Shown: positions 19,419 through 27,569 of the stretch, piece by piece
How positions within the stretch are numbered: position 1 is the stretch's first letter
How the letters are laid out: every line of letters begins with the position of its first letter
From: Candidatus Fermentithermobacillaceae bacterium UBA3907
GTDB taxonomy: Bacteria; Bacillota; Sulfobacillia; Fermentithermobacillales; Fermentithermobacillaceae
Direction of reading: 5' to 3'
Length of the DNA: 53,469 bases
NCBI GenBank assembly: GCA_002391545.1
Contig: DGFF01000068.1
Coordinates: forward strand, 653 to 54,121
The notes under the pieces: model-generated
The model's input: the letters and a program-made list of their open reading frames with translations, nothing else
The model's database searches: none
What the model was told of the DNA's origin: nothing
Program-made: the position numbers and the translations under genes

Positions 19419-21062
19419 TTGTTACTTGTATCTGCGCAGCAAATGCGCGAATTAGATGATAAGGTTCAGAAAATGGGTGTGCCTGCGCTTATACTTATGG
19501 AAAATGCAGGGAAGGCTTTGGCCTATCATTCTATGATAAGACTCGAGGAAAGAAGATCATCCTATGCGCCTGAAAGTGCAGATTCTTTACGGCATAAGGG
19601 CAGCATTGCGATTCTAGCCGGGCCAGGTCAGAACGGGGGTGATGGTTTTTGCGCCGCAAGGCACTTAGCGTCCTGGGGATACCAGGTGAAGGTAGGTTTC
19701 TTCGGAGACGAAAAACGGCTTCCTAGAGAAGCTTCTCTGAACTACGCCATGTTAGAAGGGTACCCAGTTGAGATCTATTCCGCAAACTATATGAGCCCAG
19801 AAATGGTTATGGATAAACTAGGTTATCCAGATCTGATAATCGACGCGCTTTTGGGAATAGGTGCTGGTGGCGATCCTCGCTTCCCCATAAGTCTGGCTGT
19901 AGATTGGGCAAATTCTCAAGGTGTACCTATCGTAGCTTGCGATATTCCTACAGGAATTTCAGCAGATACGGGGCAGGTGTATACCCCGTGTATAAAAGCG
20001 GATCTCACCGTTACTATGGGCTTTGCCAAAATTGGATTGTTTTCCTATCCTGGCAGAATGTTTGCAGGAGATATTATAGTTGAAAACTTAGGTTTTCCTC
20101 AGAACGTTGTGAAGATGGTTGCAGATGGGGAAGACGAACTAGGTGACCTGGGACATTTTGCCCTTGAAAAAGTGTTCGCCCAGGCGGTGTGCGCTCGGGA
20201 AATTCAAGAGCTATTGCCTCGAAGGCGTGACGACCATCACAAAGGGTTGTCTGGGCACGTCACCGTTATCGCAGGATCGGTTGGTATGGCCGGTGCCTCA
20301 GTTTTGACCGCAAAAGGAGCATTGAGAGCAGGGGCAGGAACTGTTACTCTTCTTTGCCCTGGGAAAATATATCAAGTTTGTGCTTCCATGGCGCCTGAGG
20401 TTATGGTGGTGCCCTGCGGAGATTCAGCTGTCTTTACGCCTGATCCTGAATCAATTAAAATGGCTAAGGATCATATAGATAGATCTGATGCAGTTGCCAT
20501 AGGCCCTGGATGGGGCAGAGGGCGTTCCCAGACAGAATTCTTGAAGGAGATCTTATCTATCATGTCGAACACCGCTTGTGTGATAGATGCAGATGCTCTT
20601 TTTGCCCTCAGGGAGCTTGGTGGATTGCCGTACATTGCAGGCATAGATGGGGAGTTTGTTTTAACTCCACATCCCGGAGAGATGGCAACGCTCAGGGATA
20701 TGAGTACTCAAGAGGTGGGTCGAGCCAGAACTGAAGTATCGAGAAAAGCAGCTATGGAATCCAGAAACGTTGTGTGTTTAAAAGGAGCAGGTACATGTAC
20801 TGCCGGTCCAGAAGGTGAGCTGCTTATTAACACGTCAGGCAATTCTGCTATGGCTACAGCCGGTTCAGGAGATGTTCTAACTGGTATAATTGCTAGTCTG
20901 AAAGCGCAGGGACTTTCTTGTCTGGATAGCGCCGTTGCCGGCGTGTTTTGGCACGGAATTGCAGGCGATATTGCCTACGAAGAAAAAGGGTCGTTTGGAA
21001 TCATTGCCGGAGACATCGTGGAACATTTACCTCAGGCTCGCGCTTTTATAGAGCGCGCATAG
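19419..21062 (+). CDS. nnr: bifunctional NAD(P)H-hydrate repair enzyme Nnr (epimerase + ADP-dependent dehydratase)
   Basis: YjeF_N motif GPGQNGGDG and C-terminal kinase-fold motif GSGDVLTG. GAGGAGG at 19403-19409 followed by TTG at 19419 is a better start than the listed TTG at 19401. Confidence 0.9.
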   Translation: MLLVSAQQMRELDDKVQKMGVPALILMENAGKALAYHSMIRLEERRSSYAPESADSLRHKGSIAILAGPGQNGGDGFCAARHLASWGYQVKVGFFGDEKRLPREASLNYAMLEGYPVEIYSANYMSPEMVMDKLGYPDLIIDALLGIGAGGDPRFPISLAVDWANSQGVPIVACDIPTGISADTGQVYTPCIKADLTVTMGFAKIGLFSYPGRMFAGDIIVENLGFPQNVVKMVADGEDELGDLGHFALEKVFAQAVCAREIQELLPRRRDDHHKGLSGHVTVIAGSVGMAGASVLTAKGALRAGAGTVTLLCPGKIYQVCASMAPEVMVVPCGDSAVFTPDPESIKMAKDHIDRSDAVAIGPGWGRGRSQTEFLKEILSIMSNTACVIDADALFALRELGGLPYIAGIDGEFVLTPHPGEMATLRDMSTQEVGRARTEVSRKAAMESRNVVCLKGAGTCTAGPEGELLINTSGNSAMATAGSGDVLTGIIASLKAQGLSCLDSAVAGVFWHGIAGDIAYEEKGSFGIIAGDIVEHLPQARAFIERA

Positions 21063-21118
21063 AGGGGGATAAAATTCTGCGAAGAGAGGTGAAAGGCCTA
21101 GTATAGCTAGGCTAGGAT

Positions 21119-21391
21119 TTGAATAGAACTAAAGAAATAGTGGCAAGATTGCCGGAAGATGTGTTGGTAGACATAGATAATGTTGTAAAAAAGAGCAACA
21201 AAACCTTATCTGTGTTCATTACAGAGGCATGTTGTTTCTATCTTGAAAAGATAAAACGGGATAGCATGCTTGAGGCCATGAAGACGGGATATTTGGAGAT
21301 GGCAGAGATAAACCAGGTTCTGGCTGAGGAGATATGGTGCGATTTTGCTCATTTTTGCCAGAGCGAGTATGAAAATTGGAGGAAGACCTGA
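21119..21391 (+). CDS. mazE: MazE/EndoAI-type antitoxin (ribbon-helix-helix)
   Basis: RHH N-terminus (IVARLPEDVLVDIDNVV) and MKTGYLEMAEINQVLAEE, resembling B. subtilis EndoAI. It sits immediately upstream of mazF. The start codon is uncertain. Confidence 0.8.
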   Translation: MNRTKEIVARLPEDVLVDIDNVVKKSNKTLSVFITEACCFYLEKIKRDSMLEAMKTGYLEMAEINQVLAEEIWCDFAHFCQSEYENWRKT

Positions 21392-21742
21392 TTGGAGCCT
21401 TCTCGAGGAGACATTTATTTTGCAGATCTAAACCCGGTGCTCGGTTCCGAGCAGGGCGGTTTCAGGCCTGTTCTGATAATACAAAACGATATAGGGAACA
21501 AATACAGCCCTACAGTTATCGTTTCAGCCATAACTTCGCAGATCCAAAAGGCGAAACTTCCTACTCATGTTGAGCTTCCTGTAAGCATTTCAAATTTAGA
21601 GAAAGACTCAGTTATTTTGCTCGAACAGATAAGGACCATAGACAAGAGGAGACTGAAAAAGTGGGTTGCGAGACTCGATAAGACAATCATGAACAAGGTT
21701 GACGAGGCGTTACTGATATCGTTAGGGTTAAAGGAGTTATAA
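21392..21742 (+). CDS. mazF: MazF/EndoA (PemK family) mRNA interferase toxin
   Basis: [58 protein letters not shown] is nearly collinear with B. subtilis EndoA. The TTG start abuts the mazE TGA. Confidence 0.93.
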   Translation: MEPSRGDIYFADLNPVLGSEQGGFRPVLIIQNDIGNKYSPTVIVSAITSQIQKAKLPTHVELPVSISNLEKDSVILLEQIRTIDKRRLKKWVARLDKTIMNKVDEALLISLGLKEL

Positions 21743-21767
21743 CAAATCCAATTAAGGAGGTGCCCAA

Positions 21768-22841
21768 TTGCTACCATATGCCTTAGGATTTCCCCGGGTG
21801 CGTCTTTCTAGCTTACCGACTCCTTTCGAAGAAGTCCCTCGTTTTTCGGAAGCTTTGGGAGGGCCAAGGATATTTGTTAAAAGGGATGATGCTACCAGTC
21901 TTGCACTAGGGGGTAACAAAGCTAGAAAACTCGAGTTCCTTTTGGGGGAAGCGTTGGAAGAGGGTTGTGATACAATAATTACTGCAGGAGGTCCTCAATC
22001 TAACCATGCGAGGATGACTGCAGCGGCTGCAGTAAAGTTTGGCATGGAGCCAATCTTAGTATTAGATGGCGAAGATCCTGGATATAGGCAGGGAAACTTG
22101 CTGTTAGACTATATATTAGGCGCACGTTTGATTTTCACAGGCGGTAGGGAAACTGCCGATGTAATATCCGAAACTGTGGAAAGCCTAAAATGTGATGGTA
22201 AGAAGCCTTATGTAATACCGGTAGGTGGCTCCAACTGTATAGGAACGTTGGGTTACATAGGCTGTGCAGCAGAACTTGCAGAGGATTTCAAGAAGGCCGG
22301 AGTTGAGCCCAAAAGTTTGTATCTGGCTACAGGATCGTCGGGTACATTGGCAGGGTTGCTACTTGGGAAGTTGCTATATAACCTTTCTTTTTCCATCAAG
22401 GGAGTTGCAGTAAGCCCAGGCGCAGATAAAAAAGAAGATAGGGCTTTACAACTTGCCTTAGAAGCTTCAGATCTTCTAAAAGCAAAGGTGGAAAGCCTAA
22501 ATGAATCTCCACTTTCCTCGATTGATATTCAGGAGTTGGAGAATAGGATATGTGAGGTTTCTATTGAAAATATAAAAGATGAATTTAGCGTCACTGAGGA
22601 TTTCGTGGGTCCAGGGTATGCTGTGCCCACGCCCGAAGGAATTGAGGCTATTTTTGCTTTGGCTCGAACAGAAGGCATAATCACCGATCCTGTGTACACA
22701 GGGAAGGCTTTAGCGGGCTTGATGGCGGACGTACGTAATGGATTGTACGATAAAGACGATGTAGTTGTTTTTCTCCACACAGGAGGAACGCCTGCCAACT
22801 TTGCCTATGTAGAAGCTTTTCTGGAAGGGGGATTTAAATGA
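21768..22841 (+). CDS. PLP-dependent D-cysteine desulfhydrase / ACC deaminase family protein
   Basis: GGNKARKLEFLLGEALEEGCDTIITAGGPQSNHARMTAAAA contains the PLP-lysine region. GGSNCIGTLGY and HTGG motifs are also present. Confidence 0.85.
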   Translation: MLPYALGFPRVRLSSLPTPFEEVPRFSEALGGPRIFVKRDDATSLALGGNKARKLEFLLGEALEEGCDTIITAGGPQSNHARMTAAAAVKFGMEPILVLDGEDPGYRQGNLLLDYILGARLIFTGGRETADVISETVESLKCDGKKPYVIPVGGSNCIGTLGYIGCAAELAEDFKKAGVEPKSLYLATGSSGTLAGLLLGKLLYNLSFSIKGVAVSPGADKKEDRALQLALEASDLLKAKVESLNESPLSSIDIQELENRICEVSIENIKDEFSVTEDFVGPGYAVPTPEGIEAIFALARTEGIITDPVYTGKALAGLMADVRNGLYDKDDVVVFLHTGGTPANFAYVEAFLEGGFK

Positions 22842-23545
22842 AACCAGTTATAGGCATAACATCTAGCTGGGATGAGGAAAAACAGACGTCAGTATTGCCT
22901 TATGCGTACGTCGACGCTGTTTTGGAAGCGGGGGGAATTCCTGTTTTACTCCCAATAATGCCCAAGGATGATGCTGAAGAGATCTTGTCAAACATAGATG
23001 GAGTGTTATTTCCAGGTGGTGCAGACGTGGACCCTCAGAGATATGGAGAACGTCCCCACGAAAAGCTGAACTACGTTGATCCTAGGCTTGACGAGATGGA
23101 GTTGAATATAGCCAAATTGTCGCTTGAAAGGAGATTACCTATACTTGGTATTTGCAGAGGTTGCCAGTTGGTTAATGTGGCGGCAGGCGGCACCTTGGTT
23201 CAAGATATACCGTCTCAGGTAGGCGGAGCTATGAAGCATTCCCAGAAAGCTCCTAGGTGGCACGGAACCCATGAAGTGATTCTTGAAGAAGGTTGTTTCG
23301 CTGCAGACATCTTCGAAACCCGTAGGTTTGCGGTAAATTCGTTCCATCATCAGTCAGTAAGGGATGCAGGAGATGGTCTTAGTATTTCAGGTAGAGCTTT
23401 AGATGGTGTTGCAGAAGTAACTGAGGGAAGGCAAGGTTTCGTACTGCTTTTGCAATGGCATCCTGAGGCCATGTGGAGGAAGAACCCTCTATTTCTCAAG
23501 CCATTTAAGGCATTTGTGAAGGCGGCGGAACAGTTTAGCTACTGA
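22838..23545 (+). CDS. gamma-glutamyl-gamma-aminobutyrate hydrolase family protein (peptidase C26, class I glutamine amidotransferase fold)
   Basis: Nucleophile elbow GICRGCQLVNVAAGG and QWHPE. ATGA start/stop overlap with the preceding gene. Confidence 0.85.
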   Translation: MKPVIGITSSWDEEKQTSVLPYAYVDAVLEAGGIPVLLPIMPKDDAEEILSNIDGVLFPGGADVDPQRYGERPHEKLNYVDPRLDEMELNIAKLSLERRLPILGICRGCQLVNVAAGGTLVQDIPSQVGGAMKHSQKAPRWHGTHEVILEEGCFAADIFETRRFAVNSFHHQSVRDAGDGLSISGRALDGVAEVTEGRQGFVLLLQWHPEAMWRKNPLFLKPFKAFVKAAEQFSY

Positions 23546-23566
23546 CTTGGAGGATATTAGTTAATA

Positions 23567-24691
23567 ATGGGATACGATATTTCACAGTCTACGAGTAACC
23601 CTAGGCGTCGTTTCAGAGATTATGGATTGTCGGTAGGATCGCTATCTACAGGTCCAATGAATGCCATAACAGATGTTCCAGGAGTTTTAGTGGGTCACTC
23701 AACAATCATAGAAGGGGAAGGCCCCCTAATTCCCGGTAAAGGACCAGTTAGGACAGGAGTTACTGTAGTACGCCCTCATCCAGGGAATTTGTTTAGAGAA
23801 AAGGTGAGAGGGGCCGTACACATAATAAATGGTTTTGGAAAGGCAACGGGTATTGCGCAAATACAGGAACTTGGTATTATAGAGACACCGATTGTTTTAA
23901 CCAACACTTTAAGCGTAGGTTCAGCGTGGGATAGTCTTTGTGAATACATGCTGGACTGCAATCCTGGAATAGGAATATCTGAGGGAACGGTTAACCCTGT
24001 GGTTTTGGAATGCAATGATGGTTATCTAAATGATATAAGAGGAAGGCATGTTAAAAGAGAACATGTGTTTGATGCCCTAGAAAATGCTTGTGGAGGATCT
24101 GTAGCAGAGGGTAATGTTGGATCTGGCACAGGTATGTCGTGTCTAGGTTTTAAAGGAGGCATAGGTACATCTTCAAGGGTTATAGACCTCACAAAACAAT
24201 GGACGCTAGGTGTTCTGGTAATGTCCAACTTCGGCAAGATGGAAGATTTGCTAATCTGTGGCATCCCCGTAGGTATGGAGTTAAGTAAAGATATTGAAAT
24301 GCAACCGCAAACACCCCCAGGTTCCGTTGTGATTATAGTAGGCACTGATGCTCCTTGCTCAGATAGACAGCTGTTGAGGATCGCACGACGATGTCAGGGT
24401 GGACTGGCTCGCGTCGGGTCCATGTTTTCTCATGGCAGTGGCGATTTTGTCCTGGCGTTCTCTACAGCAAACAAGGCATTAGAATCAGATACTCATGACC
24501 CTTGTGTCCAGGAATATATAAGAGATGACTCACGAGCTATGGGTCTCCTATTTAGAGCGTGCATAGAAGCAGTGGAAGAGAGTGTGCTCAATTCTTTATT
24601 TATGGCAGAGACCATGATAGGACGGGACGGTAATACAAAGTATGGCATACCCATTGATATGGTTCTTGATATATTAGATAGATCTACATAG
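23567..24691 (+). CDS. peptidase S58 (DmpA/BapA-type, P1 family) aminopeptidase
   Basis: PGKGPVRTGVTVVRP, VGSGTGMSCLGFKGGIGTSS (Ntn self-processing region) and GSGDFVLAFST. Confidence 0.8.
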   Translation: MGYDISQSTSNPRRRFRDYGLSVGSLSTGPMNAITDVPGVLVGHSTIIEGEGPLIPGKGPVRTGVTVVRPHPGNLFREKVRGAVHIINGFGKATGIAQIQELGIIETPIVLTNTLSVGSAWDSLCEYMLDCNPGIGISEGTVNPVVLECNDGYLNDIRGRHVKREHVFDALENACGGSVAEGNVGSGTGMSCLGFKGGIGTSSRVIDLTKQWTLGVLVMSNFGKMEDLLICGIPVGMELSKDIEMQPQTPPGSVVIIVGTDAPCSDRQLLRIARRCQGGLARVGSMFSHGSGDFVLAFSTANKALESDTHDPCVQEYIRDDSRAMGLLFRACIEAVEESVLNSLFMAETMIGRDGNTKYGIPIDMVLDILDRST

Positions 24692-24816
24692 ATTTATGCT
24701 AAAATGTATAGGAATTTTTGATGAGCAGGATAATTCTGAAAGTTGTAGAATGAGGTACGAAATGTTTCAGGACCGGGCGATAGTTTGGCAGAAACAGTTT
24801 TTGGCCGGGGAGGTTT

Positions 24817-25533
24817 ATGATGGCAGAAGCAAAAGATGAGGGAACAAACGCCGAGAAGCAAACGCCAGACGTAGGTAGACCCTCATATCTTAGGGGCCCA
24901 TTGCCCAAAAAGAGCGATGTTCAACTCGAAGGGGAAACGGTTGCGCCAACAACTGAAGATCTCGATGAAGGGTCGGCTGCTAAAGTAGCAAAGAAGGATG
25001 TACAAGCAGAAGATGTTGAGCTGTACTCATGGAAGGTATGGCTTCTTCCACTTCGTCCCTGGATTTCTGTTTTAGTAGTGGCATCAATTATAGGGTGCCT
25101 AGGTCTTGCGTATTGGGCATTTCCTCAGTTATTCTTTGTATTAATAATGGCAGTTATATTGTTAAATAGGCTCGCGGTCTATCTATTTCCAGTAAAATAT
25201 GTTCTTACAGAAGAAACGGTAGGTTTCCGAACGTTTCTAGCTAGAGATATTCGCTCTTGGGATAAAGTTCTCACCTACTACGAGTTTGAAGACGGGGTAT
25301 TGGTCTCCCATGATACGCGGACGGTGAGAGGACGGCTGAAGTCTGGTTTGTTTTTGTATTACTATCCTGATGGTTCAAATAAAGAGCAGGTGCTCCAAAT
25401 AGTAAAATCAAAACTAAAACCCCCTGACGAAGCGTTTGTGGAAAAGGACCGACTTATTGAACAGCAGAAGAAGGAAAAAGGAGGGGTAGGTTCAGCAATC
25501 GAACGAACTCGTAAAGTCAAATCCAAAAAGTAG
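24817..25533 (+). CDS. membrane protein: acidic N-tail, TM hairpin, PH-like domain, Lys-rich tail
   Basis: There are two hydrophobic helices (WISVLVVASIIGCLGLAYWAF and LFFVLIMAVILLNRLAVYLF). A beta-rich segment follows (VKYVLTEETVGFRTF...VLTYYEFEDGVLVS) that resembles bacterial PH (YdbS-like) domains. The tail is QQKKEKGG...RKVKSKK. The RBS GGGGAGG precedes the ATG. Confidence 0.55.
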   Translation: MMAEAKDEGTNAEKQTPDVGRPSYLRGPLPKKSDVQLEGETVAPTTEDLDEGSAAKVAKKDVQAEDVELYSWKVWLLPLRPWISVLVVASIIGCLGLAYWAFPQLFFVLIMAVILLNRLAVYLFPVKYVLTEETVGFRTFLARDIRSWDKVLTYYEFEDGVLVSHDTRTVRGRLKSGLFLYYYPDGSNKEQVLQIVKSKLKPPDEAFVEKDRLIEQQKKEKGGVGSAIERTRKVKSKK

Positions 25534-25634
25534 GCGGCAAATGGCCGGTAATTACTGGGATCTCCAGTCTGTTGGGAGGATCCCTAGACGTAGAATGATT
25601 GGCAGTTTGAGATAAGAGTTAAGGAGGGAATCGG

Positions 25635-27569
25635 ATGGAGGATATTGAGCGAAAGGAAGGCGTTGATGAAAGACAAGCAGAGTCTATTCTCGCGACTGAC
25701 GTTGGATCGACGACTACGAAGGCTATACTCATAGAAAAACGTGGTGATGAGTATCGACTGGTGACTCGCGGTGAGATGCCAACAACAGTAGAGGAACCAT
25801 GGGAAGATGTGATGATTGGGGTCAAAAAAGCCATTCGACGTATTGAAGAACTTATCGATAGGCGCATTTTGGATGATTCAGGCAACTTGATCAGGCCGAA
25901 AAGGGGAGAAGAAGGTGTAGACCTCTATGTCTCAACGTCATCTGCAGGTGGCGGATTGCAGATGATGGTTGCAGGCTTAGTTAAAAGTATAAGTGCTAGC
26001 TCGGCTCACCGTGCTGCTTTGGGTGCCGGAGCTGTAGTCTTGGACGTGATCTCAGTAGATGACGGTAGAACACAATCAGAGCAAATTACCAGAATTACAG
26101 AACTGCGTCCTGACATTATCTTGATGTCAGGTGGTGTTGATGGAGGCTCAGTTGCTTATATAGCGTCAATTGCTGAGATCATAAAACAGGCTAATCCCCA
26201 GCCAAGGTTCGGTGCAACGTATAAGTTGCCGCTTATTTACGCAGGAAACAAAGACGCCCAAGACATTGTAGTGGAAATATGTGGCAAAGACATGGATGTT
26301 CACGTAGTCGATAACTTAAGACCCAGGCATGATCTTGAGAATTTAGGGCCGGCTAGAGAGATTATACACGAGATCTTTATGAATCACGTTATGGCTCAGG
26401 CACCTGGCTATGCCACACTAATGGAGTGGGTCGATGCTACTATTATGCCTACTCCAGGCGCAGTTGGAAAACTGATTATGCTCCTTGCTGAAAGGGGTAA
26501 CCAGAACATTATAGGTGTGGATATTGGTGGCGCTACAACTGACGTGTTCTCCAGTTTTGAAGATACTTTCACGAGGACCGTGTCTGCAAACCTTGGGATG
26601 AGTTATTCGATCTGCAACGTTCTAGAAGAAGCAGGTTTTGAAAATATACTGCGCTGGGTGCCATTTGAGGTTGATCGTTCACGCATCTCAGACTGGATCG
26701 CAAATAAGATGATTCGCCCAACAACAGTTCCGCAAACCATGTATCACCTGATAGTTGAGCAAGCTATTGCTAGAGAAGCTCTTCGTTTGAGTTTCGAACA
26801 TCACAAAACCCTTGCCAAAAAGGTTGAACAACAAGAGGTAGGACTCCTAGTTACAGGTCGCTCAACAGTAACATCTGCATCAGGGCGAGATATAATTGAC
26901 ATGATTCATCTAGATATGTTGGTTGGGTCAGGTGGAGCTTTGTCACACGCTCCGAGGCGACAACAAGCTGCCCTCATGCTCATTGATGCTTTTCAACCTT
27001 GTGGCGTTACGTATCTAGCAGTCGACTCCATATTTATGATGCCGCACCTAGGTGTCCTTTCATCAGTTTATCCTGACATAGCTGAAGAAGTCTTCTACAA
27101 AGACTGTTTGGTGAAACTAGGAACTGTTATAGCACCGGTTGGACCGTTTAAACCTGGTAGAGTAACCGCTACAGTTAAGATAAAAATGCCGGACGGGACT
27201 GTATGCGAGCACCAAATCAAAGGTGGGGAGCTTGAAGTTATCCCGCTAGGTGTTGATGAGGTAGCAATGTGTAGGATACAGCCTCACGGTGGGAATATAG
27301 ATGTAGGTGCTGGAAGAGGTAAGGCGATAGAGAAAGAGATTCACGGTGGGTTGGTTGGTATTATCCTAGATGGTAGAGGGCGTCCCTTGGAACTTCCGGA
27401 AGACAATATTGAACGCATTAATTTGGTTACATCTTGGTTTGAGGCGATGGATATTTATCCTATGGATGTCATCCGTGAATTGCAGGAAAAATATCCACCT
27501 ACTAGAACCAGCGCAAGCAATCAAGGAGGGAAGAAGCGTGGCGGACTTTTCAGTAGATCTACCCGATGA
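25635..27569 (+). CDS. GlmL/MutL-like ASKHA-fold ATPase, paralog A1
   Basis: ASKHA phosphate-1 (LATDVGSTTTKAILIEK) and phosphate-2 (GVDIGGATTDVFS) motifs, plus STSSAGGGLQMMVAG and GSGGALSHAPRR. I recognise this as the glutamate mutase L (MutL, PF13941-type) family, with a long C-terminal extension. The RBS TAAGGAGGG is 7 nt upstream. Confidence 0.8.
   Translation: MEDIERKEGVDERQAESILATDVGSTTTKAILIEKRGDEYRLVTRGEMPTTVEEPWEDVMIGVKKAIRRIEELIDRRILDDSGNLIRPKRGEEGVDLYVSTSSAGGGLQMMVAGLVKSISASSAHRAALGAGAVVLDVISVDDGRTQSEQITRITELRPDIILMSGGVDGGSVAYIASIAEIIKQANPQPRFGATYKLPLIYAGNKDAQDIVVEICGKDMDVHVVDNLRPRHDLENLGPAREIIHEIFMNHVMAQAPGYATLMEWVDATIMPTPGAVGKLIMLLAERGNQNIIGVDIGGATTDVFSSFEDTFTRTVSANLGMSYSICNVLEEAGFENILRWVPFEVDRSRISDWIANKMIRPTTVPQTMYHLIVEQAIAREALRLSFEHHKTLAKKVEQQEVGLLVTGRSTVTSASGRDIIDMIHLDMLVGSGGALSHAPRRQQAALMLIDAFQPCGVTYLAVDSIFMMPHLGVLSSVYPDIAEEVFYKDCLVKLGTVIAPVGPFKPGRVTATVKIKMPDGTVCEHQIKGGELEVIPLGVDEVAMCRIQPHGGNIDVGAGRGKAIEKEIHGGLVGIILDGRGRPLELPEDNIERINLVTSWFEAMDIYPMDVIRELQEKYPPTRTSASNQGGKKRGGLFSRSTR

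Noticed and set aside
20949-20963. Sigma-54-like element TGGCACGGAATTGCA.
   Set aside because: The GG-to-GC spacing is one nucleotide shorter than the strict -24/-12 spacing. The element also lies inside the nnr coding sequence, with no downstream gene start.
27370-27537. 5' extension of the B1 ORF overlapping the end of A1 (would give 508 aa).
   Set aside because: Homology to B2 begins exactly at the GTG at 27538, which has a canonical AAGGAGGG 7 nt upstream. The extension is just the alternative frame of the A1 coding sequence.
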